NCBI RefSeq assembly: GCF_018350175.1
Contig: NC_058383.1
Span: forward strand, 27,096,001-27,160,000
Direction of reading: 5' to 3'
Length of the DNA: 64,000 bases
DNA from: Felis catus
Lineage: Eukaryota
How positions within the stretch are numbered: the stretch's first letter is position 1; each line of letters begins with the position of its first letter. This document shows positions 1-13,888 of this stretch, in pieces. A model generated the notes under the pieces. That model did no database searches, was not told the origin of the DNA, and saw only the letters and a list, made by a program, of their open reading frames with translations. A program made the translations under genes and the position numbers.

Positions 1-555
1 CCTCCGGCATCCCCCACCCAAGTGGACATACTCCTTCATTCAGAAATCGTATTCAGCACCTACAGATGCTGAGGACAGGGAACACAGCCCCAGCTTTCTC
101 GAGGACGATCAGCAAGTGATCAGAGAAACCAACAAGATGATGTTTAAATGGTAAGCGCTAAGAAAAGAAAACAATAAAATAGGTACATGTCAAGTGGAGA
201 ATTTGCTCTTGTGGCATATGTAGGTGGGAGGGAAGGCTTCTCTGATGGTTCACCATTGGGATGCAGATCAGAATGACAAAAAAAAAGCTATGTGAAAACC
301 TGGGGGAAAGTATTCTAGGCCGGAAGATGAGAATCTGCCAAGCTGGAGGCAGGAACAAGCTTGGCATGTGTGACAACAACACAAGAAGTGTGAGTGGGGA
401 GGAGAGTGGTAACAAATGAGGCTGGATACATAGAGGCCAGACTGGGTCTGCAGGTATGGCTGATGTTATAAGGGTGGTGCTGGGCAAAAAAACAAAAACA
501 AAAAACAAAATAAAAACTAAAAATGCATCCCATGGATTCATGTACCCACACACCT

Positions 556-745
556 GTCTGTCTGTCTATCCAGTGGTCTACCTGCCCACCCATCCACCCA
601 CCCATCCATCCACCCACTCACCCATCTATCTATCCATCCATCCATCCATGTATCAATTTATCTGTCCATCCATGTATCTATCCATGTATCCATCCATCCA
701 TCCATCCATCCATCCATCCATCCATCCATCCATCCACTCATTCAA
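556..745. repeat. Imperfect (CCAT)n/(ATCC)n microsatellite, probably expanded from an L2 3' tail
   Basis: Long ccat run, directly followed by L2-end-like sequence (attcaatggctgatttga...tgtgctagg). Confidence 0.85.
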
Positions 746-1208
746 TGGCTGATTTGAATAAAACCCTGTGCTAGGAATTGGGGAGACAGAAACACCATTA
801 AGCATGAGATACGTGGGCAGAGATACCTGGGCTCAGTTTGGAGCTCTACCACTTCCTAGCTAAGATCCAGAAAGTTCTTGGCCCTCCAGAGGCCTCAGTT
901 TTCCAGTCTGTAAAAGGAGACTAATGCCATCACTTCATTACGATACTGGTTTGTTCCGTCTATTGCTAATACAGGTTTAGGAGGAGTCACTGGGTAGGAT
1001 AAAAAATTAAGAGGATTCTACTGTTAAAAAACACAGACCAAGGCTTCAGGTCAGTTTGGACCACTGAGAGCGGCCACACACTCTGTCTCTCTCCCTCCTC
1101 CCGTTTAAGATGCCAGTTCCCGTGCACTGGAAGATCTGCAGGTATGGGGTTAGCTATCGTCTGGACTCTCCAACTCCCCTTCTCTTCCATCTCCATCCTC
1201 AAATGTCA

Positions 1209-1484
<276 letters not shown>

Positions 1485-2077
1485 TTACGTGGGCTCATGT
1501 GGTAGGGCCAGAGGTGTGTGGGCTCACAACGGAGCGCGCTACCCATCATACCGGGGCCGTTCCAAAAACAGGCCCCGTTTTACACAGCGCAGACCATGGT
1601 CCTTTGCACCCTCCTGAAAGCTGCTCCCTGTGTATCTCAGGTCCCAACAACTATAAATGACTTCTTGGCTGTTTATAAATGTAAAACATGCTGACTGAAC
1701 AAAAGCACAATAAAGAAAATAAACATTATTACTTTTGATGCTTCTTCCCATGGAGGATGTCAGTTCACAGTTATTTATTGATCCTCTGGTGCTAGGTACC
1801 AGAAAGTGACAACAGTATGCCAACGGTGCCATATTGATGTCTTTCCCTTCAGCCTTATTTTCTATGCATATATTTGCATATATCTTACATATTTGGGATC
1901 ATAATATACCTTCTGCTTATATTCTGCTTTTGCTTCATAGTATTGCCCAAGCATTATCTCATGTCTTTGAAAAGTCTCTGAAAACATGATTTTTGTCTGA
2001 GTGTGTGCACACACACCACTCCACTGTAATGCCATAGGTCATAGAGCAAGTCCATCTTTGGATGTTTAATGTGTTTT

Positions 2078-2100
2078 GTGTGTGTGTGTGTGTGTGTGTG
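2078..2100. repeat. (TG)n microsatellite
   Basis: About 11-12 perfect TG units followed by a T-rich tract. Confidence 0.9.
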
Positions 2101-2885
2101 TTTTGTTTTTTGGTTTTTTTTTTGCAATTCTAAACAATGCTGCATTAAACATCTTTTAATAAAAAACCTTTTTTGGAACATCACTCTCTCTCATCTCCAA
2201 AAGGCTCTTTACGTCTGCTGTTCAACTTTATCAGAAAGGTTGTACGGATTTACATTCCCACTGTCCTTCTCACCCCACAGGATTGGGTATTATCCTTAAA
2301 AACTATTGCCAATCCAAGAGATATACACACGAACAGGTAGCCCCTTAATACACATGCCTTTGATACTCAAGGTCTCTGGGCTGAAAGGGGCAGGGAAGCT
2401 AAGCAGAGGTACCCCAAGGAGGTGGGCGGGGGTGGGGGGGGGGAGGCACAGAGAGAGGGGAGTTGTGGACAGCTCAGCTCTTTGTCCTTCCTACGCATGA
2501 AATAAAAGCTGTTGGCCTCTGCAATGTGTTAATAGCATAGCACTCAGAAGGTGCCTGTGGCCCCTAGGAAACAGCATTCCACAAGTCATTGCCCCACCCC
2601 TTGTCCTTCCTGCCCTCTGGCTCCAGTCAGGAGTTTAAGTCTTCATGTCCAATTATAATGGTCAGGGAAGCTGCCTTCCTGTGTTGACACATCTCCCGAA
2701 GTCACTGTCTTGTTGTTGGGATGCCTCCGGGGCTCTGAGAAAAAAAGCTTGTGCTGTCTTGGGATTCAGTCGAACATTCAGGGCTTATGCAAACCCGCTT
2801 TGGGTCTGGATGCTGGGAGCCACAAACCCCCCTCCCTGGACTGTGCTGCCGAACTTTCTGTCATGATGGGAATGCTTTTCTCCTC

Positions 2886-3025
2886 TGCTGTCCAGTACAG
2901 TAGCAACCAGCCACCTGTGACTCCTGAGCGCTTGAAACGTGGCCAGTGTGCCTAAGGAGCTGACGTTTGAATTTTAGTTAATTTAAATGTGAATGCTCGC
3001 TTGTGGCTGGTAGCCACTGTGGAGA
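2886..3025. mobile_element. hAT-Charlie MITE relic (MER3/MER33-like)
   Basis: tgctgtccagtacagtagcaaccagccacctgtg...ttagttaatttaaat...gtggctggtagccactgt resembles the MER3 consensus as I recall it. Confidence 0.65.
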
Positions 3026-3769
3026 GCCTAGAGTTGTGGAGGGGTCTTGGGGCAGCCTGCATTCATGTCCCCAGTTCTTCACCTCTGCTGTCTCCACACT
3101 CTTTTCCATTTGACTCTGTACGTCTCCTTGCACCAATGAGACAGTCTAGTTCTCGGTCTTGAATCTGTTTTGGCTAGCAGAGTGTGGTACAAGGGGTGTC
3201 ATGCCAGGTCTGAGCCAGAGCCTCCAGAGTCTTGTACATTTCTACTTGGCTCTTGCTCTTTTGTGCCTACCTGGAGAGCATGCCTGAGCTCGCCTGCCAG
3301 GGGAGGAGGCACGGAGAACAAGAACAGAGCCATCCCCACTATCCCAGCCGAAGCCATCCTACATCCGCTGACAAGTCTCAGCTACAGACAACAGAGCCCC
3401 ACTTGTGACCTGCAGCTGGCTGTAGATGCGGAAGAGACACCAGCTGAGACCAGGAAAACTGCCCAGCTGACCCACACACTTGAGCGCTGTGTCAATGCTG
3501 ATCCTTTCAAAACACTGATTTGGGACTTGTTATGTGGCATCATTACAATAGATAGTCTGTCCACGTTTGTTCTGTAAGGTGGGTAGGGTCAGTGAGGGTG
3601 GACGAAACATAGGAGAGCTTATCATGAGAGTCAAGAGAAAAAAGTGGTTCCAGAAGGGAGTGGTCAGTGGTACTAGGTGCTACTAAGGGATCAAGTAAAT
3701 GAGCCATGGTCAAGCACTCTAGAAATCCAGGAGTTAGTCTTTGATTGCTTGCCTTCCCTCACCTTCTAT

Positions 3770-4438
3770 CAAGAAATCCTGTTGTTCCTACCTGAATCCA
3801 TCCTCTCTTCTCCTTATGCACTGCTAGCATCCTCATCCAAGCCACCATCACACCCTACCTGGCCCTTTCCAGGAGCTTCCTTGCTTGTCCCTTCCTACTT
3901 TGTCCGCCGTAACCCATTGTTAGTAGCCATATCCACTGTCCACTGCTTACATACCATAAGTGGTTTGTTTGATGTCTATGATAAAATCCAGCCTCCCCAT
4001 GTGGCCGACCAGGTCCCGCCTCTCCTTCTAGCCTCACTTTGTTTCCCTTTGTCCCAACCCCCTACCTTCTAGCCACATGGATTCTTTATTTTGGGTTCTT
4101 GAGCATGCTAAGCTCATTTCTACCTTGGGACCTTTGCACAGGATAAACTTTTTGCTGGGGATGCTCTTCTCCTGTTATGTTGCACGTCTGGCTCTGTAGT
4201 CCCATTCTGCACAAATGTTACCACCTCAGAGAGATCTTGCTTGACCACTGAATCTTAAGTCACCAACTCATTGCTACCATGTGGCTTTTGTTAGGTATGC
4301 TGAGGTACTGTCTTTACACTAGAATGGAAAATCCTTGAATTCAGGGGCCTGGTTTGTCTGGGTCACAGCCGAGTGCCCAGTGCCTAACAGGGCCTGACAC
4401 GTGGGAGATGCTCAGTAAATGCATGTTGATTGAGTGAA
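3770..4438 (+). mobile_element. LINE-2 3' fragment
   Basis: Typical L2 motifs (ccaagccaccatca, gggacctttgcaca), ending gggcctgacacgtgggagatgctcagtaaatgcatgttgattgagtgaa. Confidence 0.75.
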
Positions 4439-4580
4439 AATTCGAGAAGGGTTTTCTCTTGAACCTTTGGCTTGTAAGGTGCATCTAGGGTACATATAAC
4501 CCTACATATAACTGAAAACAAAGTCCTGTGATACCTCCTCTTGACTGTATAGGGTACTTGAGCAATTAAAACTAAAATGA

Positions 4581-4789
4581 GGGGTGTGCCTGGGTGGTTC
4601 AGTCCTTCAAGTGTCCAACTTCGGCTCAGGTCATGATCTTATGGCTTGTGAGTTCGAGCCCCGTGTAGGGTTCTTTGCTGACAGTTCAGAGCCTGGAGCC
4701 TGCATCAGATTCTGTCTCTGTCTCTCTGTGCCCCTCTCCCACTCACTCTCTCTCTTTCTCTCAAAAATAAACATTAAAAAATTTAAAAA
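4581..4789 (+). mobile_element. Can-SINE (felid SINEC_Fc-type)
   Basis: ggggtgtgcctgggtggttcagt head, ttcggctcaggtcatgatc, gacagttcagagcctggagcctgc, CT tract and aaaataaacattaaaaaa tail. Confidence 0.93.
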
Positions 4790-4854
4790 CAGTAAGACAG
4801 GTCGTTTTAATTAGGTGTAGTACAATATGCAAAATCCAACAAGATATGACCCAA

Positions 4855-5045
4855 AGGGTGCCACAGATGCATCCCATCTGGCCCAAAGGGGTTTTCCGTA
4901 TTTAAAGAAGGTGGGCATTGAAAAAACTTAGATTCACACAAAAATCTGGATTTCTAATTTCTCTTGAAAAATCAGGAGACTGGTTGGCAACTTCGAGTCT
5001 GCAATTCCCAGAAGGCAAGGATGTGCTGGAGCTCAGTACCAGGGC
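4855..5045 (+). mobile_element. hAT-Charlie relic (MER102-like)
   Basis: gattcacacaaaaatctggatttctaatttctcttgaaaaatcaggagac...ggcaac matches the MER102 core as I recall it. Confidence 0.6.
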
Positions 5046-7280
5046 CCATGGGTACTCCACACTGGCATGGTCACCCGGCCCCGTGAGGACTGGCACTGGC
5101 TGACCCCTGCTATTCTCTGGCCCTGGAGAGCATTTGGATTTAAGCGCCTGTATTAAAATACTGACATGGTTATCTCTGGATGGTGGCTCAAAAGCAAACG
5201 TGTATGTATGTATGTATTTGTTTATTTTGTATTCTCTCAATTTGCCATTTCAAAAATTTCTGCAATGAACATGTGTCATTTTATAATGAGAAAAAAATCA
5301 ATAAACATTACTTTTATGAAAGGTTATACTATAGACTGGAAGGACAATTTGCATGAGACGCCCAGAGGAAATGAGACTCCTGAAATAAAGTTTTCACTTG
5401 CTATTTCCCCAGATACCCCACAGGCAGGAATTCACTCTCTTTTGCCTTTTGGGATAAGGGTCCTTTGTCCTGATTTATTTGCAGGCACATATCCATAAAT
5501 ATATCTGCTTTGCCCACAGCAAGGCACAATGGTTCTATTATAATAAAAAATGAGGCAGAAGCCAAAGGATTCTAGGCCTGAGGCAACTTGATGGCTTGTT
5601 TAATCCCCAAACAAATACCAGGAGAATATTTCAACAACCCTAAATAAATTGTGGGTGTCTTTTGGAATTTCGTATCAGTCATTTACCTTATCAATTCCAT
5701 CAAGTCTGGGACTAAAACTACTCTTGAACAACATTTGCCTCCCCAGAGTCAGACACCGGGTTACCTACAGGGATGCATGTGGTGGCTCTGAAAGCCAGGA
5801 TCCTGTCCCAAACTAGCAGGAGGGGAAAGACACTGGTGACGACCTTGACCCGGGGCACCGCACCTATCCGCAGTGGGCGTGTTGGAGGGAAGTCTGAGCT
5901 ACTGGCCGCTTGGGAGAGGGGGGAGTGGGGCTCTTGGGGGAGCCCCAGATGAGCATCAGAGAGGCCTTGAAAGTGACCTTCAAAGACTGGGGAAGGGTGG
6001 GCCGCACAGGAAGCGGGGAGGCGCTGAGCACAGGGAAACAGCCAAGGAGGAAGCGGTTCATACCCGCTACGAAGCGTGCAGCTCCCACACCGGGCTCAGC
6101 GTTGACTGCTTTTGGCAGCTTCATGATAATGGCAACTGAGATACCAACAGTGACATGCGTCCTTACTGAGCACTTAGCGTGTAAAACACTTAAATGGGGA
6201 TGATAAGAGTAACAGTGATACGTAGCTCATGAGGCAGCGTTTGAAGATGATCTCCGTTAAAATTCACACCACCTTACTGACACTATGTGCATCTTATAGA
6301 TGAGGAAGCTGAGGCAGAGAGATTAATGACTTGTCCAAGGTCAACAGGTATGGAGTGCAGTCCTGGGCTCCCAACCCAGGCTGGTCTCCCTTCAAACCCA
6401 ATCAGAACTCGCACGGAGAGGAGAGGCGAAGTGTGAGGCCAGGAGGAGAGAACGGAAGTGTCTGCTGCAGCCCAGCTGGGTATGCACCAGGCACTGGGCG
6501 GATACTCCCATGTTTGCAGCTTGGAGGGAACAAGACAGTTCCTCTTTCTTCTCTTCTTCCACTCCCCAGATGAGGAAACAGAAGAGCAAGGAGGGACACC
6601 AGGGGAGGCCTCAGTGTGGACAGACCGTTGTTCCAAAAAAAAAAAAAGAAAAAGAAAAGAAGAAGAAGAAATGTTTTCTCTTTGTAGTTAAAGGAGGGAG
6701 GTGGGATGACGAAGAGAACGGAGATCAAGAAAGAGAGGGAGAGTGATTAGCACTTCTGGGAATGCATCCTAAGGAAATCATCAGAAAAGAGAAGGGGGAA
6801 AAAAAGAGGCTTTTTGCACAAAGATAGTCATCAGAACATTATTTACAATGGTCCATTACTGCCAAGGCAACGGGAAAGGGCAGAACCAGGCAAACTCTGG
6901 AATTTCTACTCAATGGAATCCTTGCAGGCATTAAAGAGGATCATTATCATTAGGGAGGCGGCAGAGCGGCATGGGGAAAAGGGGCGAATATTATAACGTC
7001 AAGTGAAAAAAAAAAAAGGGCTCCCAATTCTTGGTGCAATTATGTAAACATCTGCAATGCGCATTGCTGGTATGGAAGAAGAGGCAGGCAAAATAGACCA
7101 GGGCTGGAGGGCTTCGCGAAGGGGAAGGGGCCCAGGGTGAATGATCTTCTACCTTCCCCTCTTCTTTCCATATATTCTAGAACACTCTTTCTTCAAGTCT
7201 CAACTGGTACCTGCTAGTGGTGGGTGAGATGACGCTAAGCGGTACCTGAACATCTTAAATAACAGTTCTGCATGTTAATG

Positions 7281-7579
7281 ACGCTTCTGGTTATATTTTT
7301 AGGTGTGTCAGTGACAGTATGGCTATGTATTAAAAAGGAGTCTTTATTTTCCAGAGATACGTATTAAAATACGTATAGCTCAAATGAAAGGTCGCCTGGG
7401 ATTTGCTGCAATCAAACTATCTGAGAGGAGGGTAAGTGGGCAAGGGCGAAGAGAGGAAATCGCCTTGGCCCTGAGCTAGAGATTGCTAGAACTGGGTGAT
7501 GGGAGTGTGGGGTCGCACTCTGCTATTTCATATATACTTGAGATTTTCTGTAATAAAAAGTAAAAAAAAAAAAAAAATA
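7281..7579 (+). mobile_element. Old L1 3' end (L1MC-like) with poly(A) tail and flanking duplication
   Basis: tttaggtgtg...ggagtctttattttccagagatac...aataaaaag followed by an A tail. Flanked by agttctgcatgttaatg (7264-7280) and agttctgcattttcatg (7580-7596). Confidence 0.7.
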
Positions 7580-7940
7580 AGTTCTGCATTTTCATGGTTA
7601 CCTTCCACTTAAGACAAACACCACTATACAACATGGTGATCTAAAGCTTCCCTGTAAGATACACGTACTTAGCATAAACATGAACGCGCTGCGAGGGAAT
7701 AAGTAGGTAAACAGTAGACTTGGTATTATGAAAAAGCGGAAGAGTGACCGTGGCTTAGAGTGGAAGAGTGCCGGCCCTTGGGACGGTTCAGATGCTTTTC
7801 AGGCCCTAGGAGACTGGGAGAGGTGAGGTGCGCGGCTACAGCCCCCAGAGAGGTGGAGGTCCCCACGCAGCGCCCCCTTTTGGTGCTGTGCCGCCCGCCC
7901 CTCCTGCACCCGGGGACGATTCTCCCCACCCAGGGGCTCA

Positions 7941-8210
<270 letters not shown>

Positions 8211-8519
8211 TCATGGGATAAAAAAAGCAGTGTCAGGGAGTGGGATGGGGGAGGGAGTGGGGGTTTGGGGAGCGGGGCTCGGCAAGCCACCCTGTCTGGA
8301 TCCACATCCCAGCTCTGACACTTTCTAACCTCTCTGTCCTCAGTTTCCCTATCCGTAAAGTGGAGATCCTCAGAAGTGTGTTAGGACTGAATGAGTTAAT
8401 ATTTGGAGAGCATTTAAAGCAATGATGGGCACAGAGTAAGCATCATTTAAATGTCTGTTAAATAAATGACGTCCTAGATGTTTATAGCTGAGATGGATCT
8501 CAGGAATCATTTAGCTGAA

Positions 8520-8975
8520 GGTCTGGGGCAAATATAGCCTACAGATATATTTTAGTCCAGCAGAGTGTTTTAAAATTGAATTAGCTGGCAATATTTAAAA
8601 AGTACAAGAGTTCACAGAAACAACTTTTAGCTTTCCTTTAAACAGAAATACATCTGGCAACATCCAGGCCCCTGTTCCTACATGGGAATGACTGCTTAAA
8701 GCTGGAGAGCCAGGGGGCGCCTGGGGGGCCCAGTCAGTTAAGTGTCCGACTCTTGATTTCGGCTCAGGTCATGATCCCAGGGTCTTGGGATCGAGCCCCG
8801 CGTCAGGCTGCACTGAGCGTGGAGCCTGCTTGGGATTCTCTCTCTCCCTCTGCCCCCTCTTCTCTGTGTGCCCACTCTAAAATAAAAAATAAAAAGGCTG
8901 AAAAGCAGCTGTCCCTTTAGATGGGCATATCCTCTTCAGCTCACTATAGTCTCCACTACTCCCTACTGCCTCCTG
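8520..8975 (+). mobile_element. MER102-like hAT relic interrupted by a Can-SINE
   Basis: atctggcaacatccaggcccctgttcctacatgg before the SINE and agcagctgtccctttagatgggcat after it read as one continuous MER102-like sequence. Confidence 0.55.
8713..8895 (+). mobile_element. Can-SINE (older carnivore subfamily carrying the gactcttgatttcggctc segment)
   Basis: gggggcgcctggggggcccagtcagttaagtgtccgactcttgatttcggctcaggtcatgat head, CT tract and A-rich tail. Confidence 0.92.
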
Positions 8976-9453
8976 GGCACTGCAGCTGATTTACAGACTC
9001 ACAAGGAACTCCGAGAGGTACTGATCAGAACAATCTGTGGGAGTGACACTTAGAAATCTACATTCTTAACAGGTTTTTGGGGTGATACTTTTATAAGACT
9101 CCAGGGTAAGGTAAATGGTGCCTGACTGGGCTAAATACCACAGTCAATTGAACATTTTTAAAAAAAATTCAGATTCTGGGGTCCATCCCCAGGCCTACAG
9201 ACTCAACATCTCTGGAGATGAGGTTTAGGAATCTGGAGGCCAAGAAGCTTCCCAGGTGACCATGATGCAATATTAAAAGACCACGTATGTAAACCAAGGG
9301 TTCAAGGAAAGTGAGGTCCAGAGAGGGAAAGGGACTTATCTAAGGCCATACAGCAAGCTAATGGCAAAGCCAAGATGAAGATCCTGGGTTGAGGATAAAG
9401 AAGGAAAATTCTGAGCCCGCTGTGACCTGCTGGGTCTTATACTAATATCTGGG

Positions 9454-9646
9454 CAGGGATCAACAAAGGGCCATAGTAACTATTTCCAGCTTTGCAACTA
9501 CTCAACTCTTCTGTCATAGTGTGAAAGCAGCCACATAGTAAATGCAGCTGTGGTCAATGGGTGTGGCTGTTTTCCAAAAAAACTTTATTCACAAAAGCAG
9601 GCAGTGTGCTGGATTTAGCTCAGGGGGTGTAGTTTGGTGACCCCCG
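9454..9646 (+). mobile_element. MER58A-like hAT MITE
   Basis: cagggatcaacaaagggcc...caactactcaactc...gtgaaagcagccac...aaactttattcacaaaagcaggc...tagtttggtgacccccg. Confidence 0.75.
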
Positions 9647-12002
9647 TCTAGGACTCTGGAAACAAAACCCAGCCCTCCCTTGGGGAGCTAATGGTCTAGT
9701 GTTATTACTGACCTTAAGCTGGGTCTAACACTGTTTTCACTGCAGTGGGTTAATAGCACCAATGACCATAAAAACCACCGAGCACATACTATATACACCG
9801 AATGCTGCGTTATATCACCACCTCGAATCCGCAACTCTGCAAAGCAGGCATTATGAGTTTCATTTGACACAGAAGGAAACTGAGCTCATATACAGACTCA
9901 CACGGCTGCAGGACTCTCAAGCCCAAGCTCTTTCCACTATGCCATCCTAGGACTGAGCTGCTGGGTAAGCTGGAAGCTCCCGAAAACAAACATCCTTGGT
10001 ATTATCCTGAAGATCCCCTCACTTCTCGGCTTCATGAACCCTGTGGCGGTTCACAGACAGTATTTAATAGTACTCTCACTCTCCCTGGGGGGGGGGGGTG
10101 GGTGGGGGGGTGGGGAGTAAGTTCAGTTCAGTTACCTTACAGTAGTGCTGAAAGGAGACCACTTGGGGTCAAATCCTTACACTGCTACTTCCTAACTATG
10201 TCTTTAGGCAAATCACGCAGGGCTTTAGCTTTCTCATCCTTAAAATGGGTATAATAAAATATGTACTAAGCACAGAGTCTGGCACATGGTGTTAGCTATT
10301 ATTATGTGACTATTGTCACTACTCCCCAAAGCCTGCTACGAGGGGCTTCTAGACCTTCATGGTCTCGAGGCAGAGGATGGACTCAGAGGCCGGCAGCCTC
10401 CCTCGTCTGCTTGTGATTCTTTATTCACAGCTGTATCTTCTAAAAGGGCACGTTTCTATATTTATCACTCTTCTTTGAACAAGAACTCGAAGTTCCTTAC
10501 AGGCAGCAGTTTCTTAGACTCTAGATGTTGGGAGATATTCTTGATCTCTGTTTACTGTGAGAGGAATAGCTGTGAGCACGTGCGAGGTCTCTGTGTGAGC
10601 TCGTCTTTACCAGAGACCACGATGTTCCTGGGAGGCTGGGGCTGGAACGCAGATGCCGCCACCAGGGGCAGCGTCCCACCAACTGCCGTGGCCATTTGCT
10701 CTAAATGATGAAGGTCCTTGGCAATGAGGCAAACAGTTGGTCCTCTACAAAAGTGGGAATCTTTTTTTTTTTTTTTTCCTTTTGAATAGGTCAGCTATTT
10801 CCCCTGCAACCCTCTTTCTGCTCAGTAGATCCTTTCTCCATGGACAAAGGAGTTAAATGTCACCCAAGTTCATACCTAAATTAACATGGGTTTGAAGAGG
10901 TCCCTGGGTAGCTCTTAATCTGCCACCAAAAACAGGCCTAAAAGAATACTTATTGCAGCAACCGCTTACAGAGGTGAAAGATGTTAGGTGGGCACCTTGA
11001 GGAAATCCGAATAATGAGACGAAACCCTCTGTGTGTTCTGCACCCATGTGGACACAAAACCAGGGTGGCAGTGGGGTTTGATGGAAAAGAACCAGGTCTG
11101 CAGCTGGAGGCATCTGGGAGGGACCTCCAGCTCTGCCACTCCACTCTGTGTTCACGGACAAGGAAGTTAGCCCCTCTGTGCCTCAGTTTCCCCACGTGCA
11201 CAATGGGGATGCTGCCTACCCCAGTGAAGCCAAGGCCCACAGAGGTCCTGGCACAGAGCCTGGTACGGGACAGATTCCTACTCCTGTGCTTCTCAAGCAT
11301 AAATAGCCTCCTCCTCTACCTGGGAATCTTATTTATGTGCAGATTCTGCCCCAGGCCAGCTGGAGCAGTGGAGACGGCAGCCTTCTAACAGCTCCCTGGT
11401 GATGCTTATGCCAGCTCCCTGGACCACACGCTGAGGAGCCTGCTAAGAGACTAGAAGCTCCACTCGGGTGGGGGTGGCCGTGTCCTCCCATGGATGGTTC
11501 TATTATGTGTCAGAGTGAGACTGCGGGGGCGCCTCAGCTCGGGTTACCCACCTGCACTCCCTCTGTGTTAGTGGTTGGGGAAGAAGCATACCATCTCCAC
11601 GTGGTGGCTCTGGTGACCTCAGAGTGATGTGTTTAACCACTCTGTAGCATTCTGCTTGCCCTCTCAGCAGCAGGTGCCAGGGCATGGTGAGGGGGGTGAG
11701 GCGAGAGGAGGACGGGCACTCACACAGGACAGAAGGAGGCTGCCATCCAAAAGAGGTTTGGGCGCCAAGCATCCTTGGGGCTCATGGAAGCAGATGGAGC
11801 ATTTATGACCCCCTGCCTCTGCTCCCCGCAGAACCGTAAGTCGCTTGGCTGTGCCGAGACACTGTGACGGCAGTAACGTTTCTACCTCTTCTGACTTCTT
11901 CAGGTTCACAGAGTGCGGTGTTTTGCAAACCTGACTGCTCATCAGGATTCTCCAGAGTGTAACACATCAAAATAAAAATTCCTGGACCTCAACAGAGATT
12001 AG

Positions 12003-12210
12003 AAATTCTCAAGTGGGGGTGAGTTTGCCCCCAGAGGACATTTGGCGATGTCTGAAGACATTTTTTTGTTTTCCTAACTGGAGTGTGTGGCTAGATCTAG
12101 CGGCTAGAACCCAAGAATGCAGTCTCACACCCAACAACGCACAGGACAGCGCCCCACAACAGAGAACTATCCAGCTACCATGTTCGGAGGGCTGAGGTTC
12201 AAAAACTCTG
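12003..12210 (+). mobile_element. MER20-like hAT MITE
   Basis: ttctcaagtgggggtgagtttgcccccagaggacatttggcgatgtctgaagaca...gcacaggacagcgccccacaacagagaactatccag. Confidence 0.8.
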
Positions 12211-12397
12211 CCCTGGGTACGCTCAACTTGGAACCCAGAAATGTATTTTTACTGAATATTTCAGGGGATTCTGACTGAAAAGCAGTAGAGAGAAACAGAT
12301 TTGGAAACATACATAGCCCTATGGGACCTTGAGTTTTTTTACCTTTCTATGCCTCAGTTTCTCTATCTCTAAAATAGATTACTGATAATATTATCTT

Positions 12398-12591
12398 GGG
12401 ATGCCTGGGTGGCTCAGTCAGTCAAGCGTCTGACTTCGGCTCAGGTCACGATCTTGCAGGTCATGGGTTTGAGTCCGCTGTCGGGCCAGAGCCTGGGGCC
12501 TGCTTCGGATTCTGGGTCTCCCTCTGTCTCTCTCTCTGCCCCTCCCCTCCCCCCTCAAAAATAAACAAACATTAAAAATTTTTTTAAAAAA
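12398..12591 (+). mobile_element. Can-SINE (felid SINEC_Fc-type) with a short internal deletion
   Basis: gggatgcctgggtggctcagtcagtcaagcgtctgacttcggctcaggtcacgatc head, CT tract and aaaaataaacaaacattaaaaa tail. Confidence 0.93.
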
Positions 12592-12634
12592 CCAATAATA
12601 CACTATGTGTCACACAAGGTTGATGTGGGGTTCA

Positions 12635-13198
<564 letters not shown>

Positions 13199-13764
13199 TC
13201 AGGCTACACAGGATGTTTTGTCCAAGTGGCTTCATTCTGTTTGCAAGTCTAACGCTCTGAGTGTTTCTCTAAACTGTCTTTCCCCAGCAGTCTACAATCT
13301 GATTGCAAGACGTTTCCTATTGTTCACGACATCTCTGACTGCCCGGCAGAGAGGAAAAGTCCCTCAGGTTATGTCAACACATGGGTACCAGAGGAAACGT
13401 GGTGACAATTTTCCAGAAAACCTTGGGCCAAAAGGGCTCCTGCTTTGCAAATAGTCAGATCTGAAACCAAGGGGATTCCTGTCTGAAATATCTAGAGAAC
13501 AAGGACTGATGCTCTAGAATTTCACCCCTTGGTAAAAGAAGCCAGATTCAGGGATGTTTCAGTCCCGGGGTGTGTATGGGGGTGCGTCCCAGGCCCCCCT
13601 CCTCCTGTCTCAGCCACATGGGTGTGGCTACGACACAGGGAGGGATGGGGCTGGGCTGCTCGCTGTCCGTGGTGCTGAAACAGGCTCCATTAGTTTCTTG
13701 TAATCCAATAACTCTTGGCCAACCTCTCCTAGGAATCTGAGAAAGAAGCAATGCTGAGAGTGAA

Positions 13765-13844
13765 GAAAGAGACCAGAGAGAGGAGAGAGAGGAGGGGGGG
13801 AGGAGGGAGAGAGAGGGAGGGAGGGAGGGAGGGAGGGAGGGAGG

Positions 13845-13883
<39 letters not shown>

Positions 13884-13888
13884 GCAGA
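13765..13888. repeat. Compound purine-rich microsatellite (GAGG)n(GA)n(GACA)n
   Basis: Tandem units directly visible. Confidence 0.9.

Noticed and set aside
158..774. Repetitive ORFs (HPSIHPS, GGWMGGW); also HSFIHSF at 34247-34577 and poly-I/N/Y at 52010-52330
   Set aside because: These are translations of microsatellites.
10657..10673. CGCCACCAGGGGCAGCG as a CTCF site
   Set aside because: It is one G short, which shifts the conserved GGC out of register. Not convincing without a PWM score.
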